Assembly (NCBI GenBank): GCA_051294905.1
Contig: CM119371.1
Coordinates: 40,364,001 to 40,428,000, forward strand
Length of the DNA: 64,000 nucleotides
Reading direction: 5' to 3'
Origin: Botryllus schlosseri
Taxonomy: Eukaryota
Shown here one piece after another: positions 39,614 to 51,982 of this stretch (positions are counted from its first letter, which is position 1; every line of letters starts with the position of its first letter). The notes under the pieces were generated by a model, which ran no database searches, was not told the origin of the DNA, and saw only the letters and a program-made list of their open reading frames with translations. Position numbers and translations under genes: made by a program.

Positions 39614-39657
39614 GCTGACGATTACCCCTGACGAGTGTCAGCCGAAAATATTTGGGT
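39614..39657 (+). ncRNA. Candidate minimal type I hammerhead ribozyme in the Penelope pLTR
   Basis: ACCC-CUGACGA-G(UGUCAGC)C-GAA-AAUAUU-U-GGGU: core boxes, stem I ACCC/GGGU and palindromic stem III AAUAUU. Confidence 0.65.
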
Positions 39658-40373
39658 TCATTTCAATATGAATATACTATTTAATTGTATATTGAAGTTC
39701 TGTACCTCCAAGAAGCTCATGGAATTCAATTCGCATATGGTCTATTTATTCCCCAACCATTGGCGCAGGCTCAAATTGTATCATATCAAAATGTGAGTAT
39801 GGGTAATGTATTGCATCTTATCAATTCGTTTCTCTATTTTGGCTGGTTAATATAAGCTAAGGCCAAGCAATTACTTGCGTAGTTTAACAGTTCTACGTAT
39901 CAGTTAGCAACTGAGCAATACAGCGCCTTCTTTTGTGTGTATATTTAACTCGATATTCGTTCCTCAGTTCAGAATCAATGACCAATCAATCTGTATTACA
40001 GACAGCTAGCAAAATGCGATGACGTAATCACGCATCATATTTCGAAAAGACTTGAATTGTGACTTGACTCGTGACTTGACTTGACTTGACTCGAGTCACC
40101 TCCAAAAATTGAGTGACTTGACTTGACTCGAGTCCCCTTTGAAAATCGATTGACTTGAATTGACTCGACTCGAGTCAAAATGTGCAATGACTCGAAATGA
40201 CTCGTGACTCGAATGTAGTGACTTGATCCCAAGACTGGATAGTAGTGCTTATGCATCCAATCCCTTGTTTTGATCGCAACTAGTATGTCATGACCAATCA
40301 AAGGTTTCGATTTCAAGCGTCTTGCATAGCGGTTGACTTTCCTAATTGGGAAAGATGTGTCGATGGCTGCCAG

Positions 40374-43115
40374 CAGACATGGGGTAATCGTGATAAGTAA
40401 TCGTAATCGATTACGGCGATTACAGCATTTCCAAGTAATCGTAATCGCAATCGATTACATTCGAAAAAAATCCGAAGTAATCGTAATCGTAATCGACTAC
40501 TTCACATATCTATTCGATTTCTTTGTGAAAGAACGATTACTTTTCATTTGTGCAATGCCCATGACATGAACTGAACTATGAACATTCATGAGCAATGAGC
40601 ATTGAGCAACGAAGAGTGTGAAAACAGGATTTGGATAGCAGAAATGTCTGGTTTTCAAACGCCTCTATAATCATTATTACGTCACAAGTATTAGCTTGGT
40701 TCTTGATTGCGTAACGAATTATCCGCACGTAGTAAATAGATATTCGATGTAAATAATGTAGTACTGTGATTGTAAGAACACCCGCTGTGGATTACGTCAC
40801 TGCACTGATCATTACACACGCCACTACCTCGCAGCAGGATAATAATCACCACACGGCCTGGTTTAATTTCGAATAGTAACGTATATGTACAAATTGTAGG
40901 CTACATTGTACAATGTATAGATGTTTTGTTATGCTTAGGTAAACGCAATCTGACCGTAGCTGATTGGCGAGCGGTAGGCCTATTTACGTATACCAGTGGT
41001 CGGGAACCTTTTGTGTCCGAAGAGCCATATTGGCCCTATTTTTCCCATCTCAACTCCCAAAGAGCCATACATGGCAATCAACTGTTACGTCACAATTGAA
41101 AATTCGTGACGTCATGGTAGCACTAATTCGAACTCACTACATGGGATTCCTCGTGTGCGCCATATTTTCTCTGTAAAAACTGATATTTATTGTTCGAAAA
41201 TGAAACTCGAAAAGAGAGGTATAAGGTACAGATGGGCCAAGCCTCGCCATTGATGACGCAATTCATCGTAAGTAGCTTGGAATTTAGAATCACTGATATT
41301 AATTAAATGTGACTGTCACACTGATTCCGAGAATTTAAATACTTATCGACTTCTCAGTCTTCAAAGTATTCGGGGGTAACATAACGTTGCGCTACACGCC
41401 TCCATTTTATCGCCTGTACTACACAGCGCTATACTTACCAATCAAGAGCGAAGATAGCTATGGCGTTGTTTGTAATTCGAGTTTGTAATTGTGAATGTCA
41501 CATCCACAACAGTTCATTTCACTCCGAAGATAAACAAGAAAATGTTTATTTGAAAACTGCGTTTTTAAATGGGCGTCGCCATGTCTGCTATGCTCTTTGA
41601 TTATTCAACGTATCGCACAATTCAAGATTTCGAGTCTTGTACATAGAATTATTGAGTGATATTGGCCGCCGGCGTGACAGGAACTTAAATTTGGTGATTT
41701 TGATAAGAGGGGAGTCCGAGCCCCTGAACCTGATGACGGCATTGTCTTTACCTCTAAAAGACGTGTTTATGCTGCCACGAGAATAATTATTCTGGCCGTG
41801 ATGAAAATTTACCAACACGTCGCTGCAATATTGATCAATTCAGTACCTAAATAATTATTTCGTAAAGAGCCATATCTTATACACAAAAGAGCCATATATG
41901 GCTCGCGAGCCATAGGTTCCCGACCACTGACGTATACAATGGACAACGATTTGAAATTTTGTACCCGTCAAATTGAACATGACAATTTCTACATCGAAGC
42001 ATTAAAAACCAGGCTGCTGATAAAAAAATCATAACCGAGCCGTTATTTTCCGTTACTCGTATAACGGCAGATCGAAATAGCCTATATATGTATTAAGTGG
42101 ATTGCAGTCAAAAGTTGATGTTTACCTTATCATATTCTCATACGGCCCTACTTAAAACGGGCAACAATTGTTCCTTCGCAATTTTATACTCATCATTCGG
42201 ATATGCCACTAGCCATCCCCTTACACACCATGTTAGCGTGGATTTCAGCTAGAATCAGTACCGAAACAGCACTTCGCCACCGCCATTCTCACAAATGGTG
42301 ATCTTGTGCTCCCCATAAGGCGATCAATAAAGCTTGTGGCGGGCGAAGTCCCCCAGAACCCCCTTAAAGGCCGGGCTTTTCACAAGAACTGGAAAACACG
42401 ATTTGATGCGATGGATCCGCTGTGAATTTGCTGTCAAGTCGCGCCAGGCGCGAATATTTAGGCACATAATTTACGACTATAACTTTATTGTATGGTGTTA
42501 ACTCGTGACCTCCTGTCTGATGCTATATAGTCATGAGATATTGGAGTCGCCCAAACGTAGCGGACGAAAAGAAAACTAAACGAAAAACTTTTGTGAGACG
42601 CATCAAAAATTGTCATTTATGCACGTGGTTCATCATTTTCCTCAGTGAGTGCCCCCGGTGGCATTTGTATTGTGGCGCTGAGATTGAAAAGACTATTCTT
42701 CGCGACCATCCAGCGCGGCTATGGACAATGGACAAATACACAATGTTTCGGCCAATGTAGCATGTCTTGTTGTGTTGCGGCGCCGTATTGGCTGGCACCG
42801 AAATGCCTATTTCTGTGTGAATCATGCCATGGTATATTATGTCATACACAGGAAATGACGTCATTATATCTCATTTAAAAATAAAGACCTTCTCTCATGA
42901 GGCCTTTTCATCGCATTGTTGTCTTCCAAAGATAACTTCTCAGAAGCAAAATGAGTGTAATCGTGAGTAATCGTGATTACTTTTCCAAAGTGATCGTAAT
43001 CGTAATCGACTACTCGCGGATTTTGCTGTAATCGTAATCGTAATCGTAATCGCGTGATTCATAAGTAATCGTAATCGCAATCGATTACATTCATGAAGTA
43101 ATCACCCCATGTCTG
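40374..43115. mobile_element. hAT-type non-autonomous element with (GTAATC)n subterminal arrays
   Basis: TIR CAGACATGGGGT / ACCCCATGTCTG. Perfect TSD GCTGCCAG at 40366-40373 and 43116-43123. Confidence 0.93.
40994..41929. mobile_element. hAT MITE nested in the previous element
   Basis: TIR CAGTGGTCGGGAACCT / AGGTTCCCGACCACTG. Perfect TSD ACGTATAC at 40986-40993 and 41930-41937. GAGCCATA subterminal motifs. Confidence 0.95.
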
Positions 43116-44403
43116 GCTGCCAGCAGTTTCTCACGGACGACTTCAGCCAGTTCGGAAGATCTGATACAGTTGCGACGGAATAGTTCGAATTACGTTCCAA
43201 CAAGGTTCCCACGATTGCTGCAATAAATCCTCCGTGTCATTCGGAATCCTCTCCCGGTTATTAGGCTTGCTTCTGTAGCCGCATTCTGGTCGTTTTTCAT
43301 CACGTCACTTACATGGCAGCTACACTATGAAATCTAAATCCTCAGTCGAGACTTCCACTTCTTATTCAAGCACAGGATCGTCACCCAAAATGACATCAGC
43401 TGCTACACTGCAATTCTCTGGCAAGGCGATAGTGGATGTATAGTATCTGAGCACGAATCGAATTCCGTTACACCACGCAACTCTTCACTGCCGGACAATT
43501 TCCCGGCTCCAACACCTTCACTGACAGAAGCACCAGAACCTTCAACGCCGATAATATTTTGAGAACCAACACCATCACCTTGTAGTATTGACTTGAGCAC
43601 TGAAATCATTCTATCCTCTGATGCCTGAAACTTGCATTCAGCGATCTCTTCCATAGCTTTCACGCAGTTTGCAGACGTACTGTCGATTCGAGAAATCAAT
43701 GTACCTTCCATGTCCTCAAATCGTCGTTGCAGACATTCAATTCCGGCCTGCAGCATTACCAATTGCTGTGCTTCTATTACTCCTTCCAATTGTCTAACTT
43801 CGCTATCTAGCCAGACTCACTAGCTGATGGACCGCGGCGAATTCTCCATATACTGCTCCTGGCGTGCTCGCCAATGTAGATGCCTGTGTCCACCGTCCAG
43901 TATGGAGGTTTATTCAGCACACAAAATATACTGCAACCCGACAGACAATCCAGATCCAAGAACCAAGTAACGGACCACAAATAACGTCGACCGCCCCGAT
44001 TAGACGAAGCATGACCGATAGCGGACCCGAATAGGGGGGCGCAGGAGGGCTGCTACAGTAACGTAAGTACCCGACTGTGGGCCGCTTGTCGGTGACCCCT
44101 CAATTAGATGAAAAAAACAACCTTTATGCATGGGAAGAACAGTTCTTTGATTTACGAAACGCACCGGCTTTTTATAACACTTTTGTCACGAAAAAATGCC
44201 AGAGTTTTGGCTGTATCCTTTCTAAATCCTATTCGGTGATACGTACAGAAGCCGTCAAAATTGTATTGTCATTTTCATCTTCAGGGCTTCTGTCGTGTGC
44301 GAAATATCTTTGAAATATTGTTTACGCTAATCATCTCGTACGTGGCGCAAAAGACCTAATCGGTTATAAGCGCCACTATTCCAATAATAATAATAATAAT
44401 AAT

Positions 44404-47400
44404 ATTTGGTTGTATTAAGTGTTATAAATCATTAATTACTTTAACCTAACCTAACTTCTGAACTGACGCATCACTGCTGTGAATGCCTGCGAAACGATCT
44501 GGATATATCGCACCTGGACGTACCCGCCGTGGGACCAAGCGGATGACCCCAGAGGACTCGTCAACTCCGACCACACAGGAACACCAAAGAGAAGATATTT
44601 CTCAACATGGCGCCTGTGCAACACCGAACTGTGGCTCACAAAACAGCTCTGCTGCAAAAGAAAAAAAGAAGAGACACAGATGGAGTAAAGAAGAGTATAA
44701 AGAAATAATGAGATGTTACTTCTTAGCCAAATTTGAAAACTCGGCAGGAGTAACCGAAGGAACTTTTCAAAAATGGAAAGAGAGAACAAACAACTCTCCA
44801 ACCATGACTGCCAATACCCTGGCAACAATGAGACGTTTGTGTAATAAAAAATAAAAAATTATCTGAACAAGAACTCGCAGAAATCGAGGGAGAAATGTGT
44901 AACAAAAACATAGAAAACTCTGAGGCAATGGAACTGCAATTCGGCCAAGATGACCTGAACCCACAACAATCACTTGATGACCCGAACATCGCAGAAGTAG
45001 AATTACAAAATACCACCGGGCACCCGAATGAATCAACAACACCTAACGATGGCGACATAGACACGGAATTAGAATTGGAGATCAAAAATCAAATCATCGA
45101 CCGCATGAAATCCACATTGAATGTAAATGACAGAGTGCAGTTACCTGACTTACAAATTACAAAGAAACTGAAAACTGATATTGCAGTAGCGAACAAAATT
45201 TTGACAGAAACCATACTACCTGCAACTCTAAATGACAAACAAGGAGAAAGACCACAATGTCCCTTGACAACAATCAACAACCTCATTTACAGCACTGCGG
45301 CAGTTATCTCAGAAAGGCACTGCAAAATACCAAGAACTGTCAACAAAAAAAAGGGGAAGGCATACGCCAGCTTGGCAACGCAGAATTGAAAACAAAATCG
45401 CAAAACTAAGGTGTGACGATGCGATACTCTCAGAACTAAAAAAAGGAAATGTTTCCCGCAAAGTAAAAAATAAAGTAAAAAGAATAGAACTGGAGCACCA
45501 AACCAAACTGCAGTCAACAGAAAAAGTGACAATGTTGCAAGAAGAATTAAAAATGAGAATATGCGCCAAAGCACAACGATTGAAACGATATAAAAAACGA
45601 GAAACACAATATCGCCAAAATTTGTTATTTGCTCGCAAACCTGGACAATTTTTTCGAATGATGAAACAAAAGTCAAATCAAAAAATTACCAGCAGCAAAA
45701 TACCAGCCACTGCAGATGTGGAATCATTTTGGAAGAAAATATGGGAAACCAAAAAATTGCACTACTCAAATGCAAATTGGATACAAGACCTCCACACTGA
45801 CCATCTACAAACACCAGAACAACAATGGTCAGAAATCACAAAACAAGAAATCAAGGAGGCCCTAAAGAGTTCACTGAACTGGAAAGCAGCTGGTCCTGAC
45901 CAGATCAAAAACTTTTGGCTAAAAAAACTAACTGCAACACATAATTACCTAGCGGTGACCTACAATGAGCTTTTATCCTCAACCAGCACGCACGAGATCC
46001 CAGCCTGGTTCACACAAGGGACCACCTATCTTATTCCAAAAAATGAAAACACCAGGGACCCCAAGAACTACAGGCCAATAACATGCCTGACAACCATGTA
46101 CAAAACACTCACCAAAATCCTGGCAAAACGAAGCTACAAACACCTAGAAAATCTTCTACCGCCTGAGCAGAAAGGATGCAAGGAAGGCGCCCTTGGCTGT
46201 AAGGACCACCTGCTCCTTGACAAAACCATTCTTGAAAACTGCAAGAGGAGACACACTAACCTCAGCATGGCATGGATAGATTACAAAAAAGCTTTCGATT
46301 CAGTCCCTCACACGTGGATACTGAAAACAATGCGTATGTACAAAATGAATCCGATCATCATCAGATTTATTGAAAATTCAATGAAAAATTGGCATACAAA
46401 ACTGTTGATCAAACATGACCAAGGTGAAACAGAAACCTGTACAATTCAGATATGCAATGGTATCTTCCAAGGCGACTCATTCTCACCACTTCTATTCTGC
46501 CTCAGCTTAGCTCCACTCAGTGAGTTGCTGAGAAAAAATGAAACAGGATACGTGATGAAAAAAGCAGCAAATTCTGAAGGTCAAAAGATTCATCACCTTT
46601 TGTTCATGGATGATCTGAAACTGTATGCGAAATCCGACACGGACCTGAATAACCAAATGAAAATTGTTCATGAGTTTTCGGAAGATATAAAAATGAAATT
46701 TGGCTTGGATAAATGCTCAAAACTTACCATACGACGCGGAAGAGCCACCAGCACTGGCGACATGAACTTCAAAATGGACGAAACCATAACAGAATTGAAT
46801 GCCGAAGATCACTATAAATATCTAGGGATCTGTGAAAGCGACAACATTAAACATGCTGCAATGAAATCAAGTCTAAAAAAAGAATACATCAGCAGGCTCA
46901 AGTCAATTCTCAAACCTGAACTCAATTCCAAAAACAAAATCAATGCCATAAACAGTCTTGCAGTGCCTGTCTTGAGATATAGCTTTGGTGTGGTGAACTG
47001 GCGTAAAGATGAAATTAAAAAATTGGACACAAAGACGAGAAAACTGATGACAATGCACCACATGCATCACCCAAAATCTGATACACAAAGACTGTACATC
47101 CCCAGAAAAAAAGGTGGTCGAGGACTACAAGAAATTGAACAAACCTTCAAAACAGAAATCATCGGCTTATCACAGTACATCAACAACAGCGATAACATTT
47201 ACTGCAAACTCATTGCACAGGAAGACAAACAGCGCAAAACAAAATCTCTGAGCTATCGTCACGACAAGTACGCCAGAGAAGTCAACTTGGAAACAGCTAA
47301 CCTGTACACTGCAGAAAACACTGTTGCTAAACCCACAACAATAGCAAAAGCAGCACGAGTCCGATACAAAAATGGAATGCTGAAAATGAGAGAAACGATA

Positions 47401-48460
47401 TGGGAGTCGATGCCTCTTCATGGACAGCACAAGAAGTTAACTTCACAGCCCCATGTAGACGAGCTTTCATGGACCTGGCTATCCAGCTCTGGCCTGAAAC
47501 CGGCAAGCGAAGGATTCATTTTCGCAGCACAAGACCAATCGCTTCCTACAAAATACTATCGCAAAAGAATTCTGAAGCAAAACACGGACGGCAAATGCAG
47601 AATGTGCCACAACCAAAATGAAACTGTAGCACATCTCATGTCCGGCTGTGGTGCACTTGCAGCTACCGAATACACATGGAGACACAATAGGATTGGTCAC
47701 TACATTCATCTTGAATTATGCAAACATTTTAACATCACCACTTCGACAAAAAATTGGTACGATTACAGCCCAGCACCAGTGACAGAAAACGAACAAGTAA
47801 AAATTCTGTGGGATGTACCAGTTATAACTGACCGCGAAATCAGGAGCAACCGCCCGGATATAATCGTCAAACTAAAAAAGAAAAGAGAATGCTTATTCAT
47901 TGAACTGGCTGTCCCAGCTGATCACAACCTACTGCAAAAAGAATCAGAAAAATACTCCAAATACGCAGACCTCAAAATGGAATGTTAGAAATTGTGGCGA
48001 TGCAAAATAAACATTGTACCGATAGTCATTGGTGCTACAGGGGTCGTGAGCAAAAAACTCATGAGACATATCCAACAAATTCCGGGTAACGTTCGATTCG
48101 ACATGATCCAAAAGATCACATTATTGGGCACTGTGCACATTCTTCGGAAGGCCTTGAATGCACCACTGGACTAAAATTACGCTTGTGAATCACAGCATAA
48201 TTTCTGTAATTTCGATTCTTCATCTTCAATCATCTCTACCTCTGCTCTGTAACCCTTGCCAATTCTTCATCTGCTGCAATTCTGTAATCTGACTTCTCCG
48301 TGTATTGCATAGGAATAACAATTTGAATGTATTACTGAAATTTTAAAAATTTACTCCAATCTCGCCATTTTCCTTTGGGGGCAGGTTGCTCCCCGGATTA
48401 GGTGTGTATCTACCAGTTTTACTGTGAATAAAGAGAATAATAATAATAATATAATAATAT
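44404..48460 (+). mobile_element. Near full-length R4/Dong-type non-LTR retrotransposon flanked by (AAT)n repeats
   Basis: Single-ORF RT-CCHC-RLE architecture. (AAT)7 at 44383-44403, and an AAT-repeat tail at ~48436-48460 after AATAAA. Confidence 0.88.
44483..48174 (+). pseudogene. R4/Dong-type ORF: RT, CCHC zinc knuckle and restriction-like endonuclease; frameshifts upstream of 45526 and an in-frame stop at 47986-47988
   Basis: Motifs RHRWSKEEYKEIMRCY, YRPITCL, AWIDYKKAFDSVPH, GIFQGDSFSPLLF, LFMDDLKLYA, CRMCHNQNETVAHLMSGC, RHN, NRPDII, IELAVP and VPIVIGATG. Confidence 0.93.
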
Positions 48461-48598
48461 ATAGAGTGCCGAATATAACAATATATCATTACTACACTAG
48501 GGCCCTGTACATAAAATGCAATAAAATATAAAAGTAAACGATATGTATGAAATATGGAGTGCATAGTTAAAGGGCGGAATGAACACTATACTGTAGCT

Positions 48599-49500
48599 CA
48601 GGGGCGGGCAACTTCTCCATCCGGCGGGCCGGATGAACATAAGGCGGGCCGGAATCGTAAATTGTTTCAATATTCTAGGGGATCTCCCCTCCGTGAGAAA
48701 GAGCCACAGATCCGTCCGTCCTACGCGGCCATGCCCTTTGAACATACAATTCAGAGACGCACACATTCCTACGATTGTGAACTATATCTGGATTGGGCAA
48801 TCGATTCACGGGCGAGCTCAAATCGTTGATATGAATGTGATCAAAAATTCATAGTGCATATGGCTTAAAGTCGCTCGAAGCGCGAATTTTTTTGCATAAA
48901 TGAATGAATTTGATCAATGATATTGGTGAGTGTCTGAGAAAGTGCTTTTTTTCCAAAATTTACATCACGTATAATTGTAATTTTGAACATTGATCGTGGC
49001 ATAAAAATATACTATACATTCATGAGCTTATCGCAGACTATTCACTTCGGGCGGGTTCATTCTTAATAATTACTTTGTTGAAAACTCCTGCAACCCAACG
49101 GCTTCGGGCTATTATAGTGTATCTATGATACTGTATTCTCATGATGAAGACACGTATGTAGATGTAGAGACACTAAATCGCGCGACGGTCGCGAATTTTT
49201 TTTAGTTTGTATTCATCTCCCCGGAAATATTCCACTATTTACATATATTACGAATATTTTCGAAAATTTGGGAATGACATGGCCCCATTCGCTCCTGGCC
49301 CCGTCAATGCGGTGAGCATCACTTGTATTGGAACGTCGCTTTGTTTTGCTAATGTTCATGATCGTAAATGTTTGCGGCTAATTGCCTGTAGATGGCGACG
49401 CGGGCCACATCATCACGTAAGACCGTAAACTGTCGGCGGGCCGCACAAAATCCCGTCGTGGGCCGAATCCGGCCCGTGGGCTGTATGTTGCCCGACCCTG
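48599..49500. mobile_element. hAT MITE
   Basis: TIR CAGGGGCGGGCAAC / GTTGCCCGACCCTG. Perfect TSD CTGTAGCT at 48591-48598 and 49501-49508. A solo end of the same family lies at ~30590-30621. Confidence 0.93.
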
Positions 49501-49539
49501 CTGTAGCTCTAACGCTCGCGTGGATAACACGGTCTTGAT

Positions 49540-50075
49540 TTTGCGTTTGGAAACATATAACGAGTACATATGGTCTGATAGAAAATGAAAGATTGTTCCA
49601 CAGAATGACGGCCGAGAGAGAAAAGGATCTCTCGTCGTAGGTCGATGTTCTGACTCTTGAAACTGACAAGAATTTTTCCGACTGAGAACGTAGTGCTCTT
49701 TGGGGATTATTCAAGTATTCAAGTTCGAGTTTATTCATAAAATTTTCATCACTTCAAAACAAGACAACACTGCAATACAATGAATGATAGGAAGATGCCG
49801 AAACGACTAGGAGTAGTCTTAAGATGTAAAGAGGAGGCATGTACTTGTACACTGAATGGAAGTATAAGAAGGTAATATAAAGTGGCAAGTGACGGGGAGG
49901 GCGAGATCAATATACGTCAGGTCGTGGTCCGGTAAATGGCGAGGGCTGACGAGTATTATAGATTGTCACTAGCTCACGAAGATACGCTGGTACACTTCCC
50001 TCCATGCATTTGAAGACGTACAGAAGAAGCTTGTATTCAGACCGACATTTCACGGGTAACCAATGAACCAGACGC
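49540..50075 (-). pseudogene. L2-type LINE ORF2 C-terminal remnant, interrupted at ~49710-49950
   Basis: HWLPVKCRSEYKLLLYVFKCMEGSVPAYLRELV, then RALRS...ERSFSLSAVILWNNL. Confidence 0.8.
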
Positions 50076-50177
50076 CCCGTGCCATTTGGTGGAAAAGGTG
50101 AATTGATTTCGGTCGTACAACTACCACTGGCATGTGCCATCCGTAAATATTTTGGATTTATTTAACTATTTTTATAC

Positions 50178-50468
50178 GGGGAAGCGAGTGGCGCAGTTGG
50201 TTAAGCGCCAGCGTCACGACACCAATGGCTGTGGTTCGAATCCCGGTTCGAACCATCTTCTATGTGTCGGAGGTTTATCTGGGCTCCTCATCGCAAACCT
50301 CACTCTCTCTCTCAAAAAGCCCAGTATGATTGTGAACCGCGCCAGTACGAAGTCGGCAGTAAAGAAAAGTCCGGATGCATGAAAGAGAGAGAGACTCACG
50401 TTGGAGGCGCGCGAGTGTGGAAGTCGTCCGGAAAGAATACGAAAACCAAAGAACCTGAGCATTACTAA
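50178..50468 (+). mobile_element. tRNA-derived SINE (3' boundary approximate)
   Basis: Pol III A box TGGCGCAGTTGG (50189-50200) and B box GGTTCGAATCC (50233-50243), followed by a non-tRNA body. Confidence 0.7.
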
Positions 50469-50531
50469 TATGATTCTCGTGGTGTACATGATCTTAATAG
50501 GCGATAAACACCACTGCTGTATGCGTTAAAT

Positions 50532-51982
50532 CAGTGGTTCCCAACCGGGGAGGAATTCCCCCCTTGGGGGGAATTTCGCCACTTTTAGGGAGGAATTCTG
50601 CTTTAGAATTGTAACGGATTTCCCAAATTGTTCATGTCCGAACTGTCATGTAGTTATATCCGAATGTATGCTCCTTATGGCTATTTTTTGTTTGCTGATA
50701 GTATATTCAAATGCTATTTGAAATCTTTTTTTCACATTCAAATCCCCACTTTTTTTAAACTAGTTCAGATGTGCTGCAGTTTGCAAGACAATTTTGTAGG
50801 CCAGCAATCAAATCCTAAGCGAGCAAATATCGTGTCGGATCTATCACAACAAGGCCTCTAGTGAAAGAATTTATCTTATATTTTCAGGTCAACATTTTCA
50901 GACAGTGACGAAATATTCCAACGTCATCGATTCAAGTCAAAGAGATCGCTAGCCTTACTTTATTTTTAGTGAACAGCTACCCGATCGAAAAAAGACATGT
51001 TAAACTTGGTGCAATGGTACCGAAACGTAATGGGTGTCCTAAATTTCCATGAGCTCCAGCAGGGAATCTTATCACGTGTATGTTATGTATCAGGGCTGTA
51101 ACCAATAAGTCACGAGGCTCCGAGTCACAAGTCAATCTCAATTTCATAGTTTTGACTCGAGTCAAATTGAGTCATTTTCAATTCACCATTGGGTCAAGTC
51201 CGAGTTCAAGTCAGCGATCAAAGGGTCGAGTCCGAGTCAGGGTATTATGCTCGAGTCCGAGTCCAAGTCACACTCAAGTCAACACTGTTTGGTGATATTG
51301 AATGATTTGGATTTATGTTATACTAATATTCCTCACTTTTAGCAGTTTGACATTGTCAAGTACCAGGATCAATGGACAAAATTCCATGAGAGTGATCACT
51401 TTACTGTTCTTCGAAATTACAATATAATGTCGGTCTACCGGCCGTTTTATAGTCTCGAGTCATATGGCTTGGTTCTAGTCATGCACAGTGACTTGAGTCC
51501 AAGTCGAGTCAATACCCAGATTGTCTCAAGTCGAGTCGAGTCGTTTCCATATTTTGAGAAAATGACTCGAGTCAAGTCGAGTCATCAGGAAATGGTGAAT
51601 CGAGTCGGGTCAACCCTGCTATATATGAAAGTACCAATATTATTGGCCAAATGCATACGCAAACTTGAGAAAAAAATTGCGATACCAGTAAATTTATGGA
51701 TAGTGATTTTTCGCAGTAGTTATATTAGTGATTGGTGCATGGTAAGCCGAAAACACAAACGGAGGTGTGGGGGTCTGTTGAGTCAAGCCTTCCAGAATTT
51801 GTTTGATTGGGACCAAGACCATTGTTTTTGGAGGTCTACAAAAGTATTATTACAGCACTGCTAGAAACAAACGAGGTAAAAATGACCTTTTTTAATCATC
51901 GGGCAGAATTATTCCAAGGGGGGAATTTCGGCTTAAATTTCGGCCAAGGGAGGCACGAGATGAAAAAGGTTGGGAACCACTG
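50532..51982. mobile_element. hAT MITE containing a nested MITE
   Basis: TIR CAGTGGTTCCCAACC / GGTTGGGAACCACTG. TSD CGTTAAAT / TGTTAAAT. Confidence 0.88.
51091..51618. mobile_element. Nested hAT-type MITE with GAGTC/AAGTC arrays
   Basis: Ends CAGGGCTG / CAACCCTG. Degenerate TSD TTATGTAT / CTATATAT. Confidence 0.7.

Larger units (their letters stand above)
37673..39720 (-). mobile_element. Penelope-like retroelement, 5'-truncated, with an inverted copy of its 3' part
   Basis: RT + GIY-YIG ORF on the minus strand. ~39167-39688 is an inverted copy of ~37673-38192. TSD GGAATTCAATTC at 37661-37672 and 39721-39732. Confidence 0.93.
37206..40237. mobile_element. hAT-type MITE with GACTCGAGTC/TGACT subterminal arrays; hosts the Penelope insertion
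   Basis: TIR CAGTGTTGGGA / TCCCAAGACTG. Perfect 8-bp TSD GATAGTAG at 37198-37205 and 40238-40245. Confidence 0.92.
36735..43800 (-). pseudogene. CR1/L2-group LINE remnant (ORF2 pre-RT region and a possible coiled-coil ORF1), fragmented by nested insertions
   Basis: Removing the insertions joins ...IDTSFPIRKV...AIKTRDWMHKHYY to ...AKKAYFQKRFEECSKDPKNTWKTIGEII, followed by KFNQYFCNIGPDLA...FLEPTSKGEVAIIL...GPDLIP. ORF 43403-43789 is only tentatively ORF1. Confidence 0.75.

Noticed and set aside
44455..44500. Hammerhead-like CTGACG...GAAAC in the R4/Dong 5' region
   Set aside because: The core reads CTGACGC rather than CTGANGA, and no supporting stems were found.
50178..50255. Functional tRNA gene
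   Set aside because: A and B boxes are present, but there is no convincing acceptor stem or oligo-T terminator. It continues into a SINE-like body.
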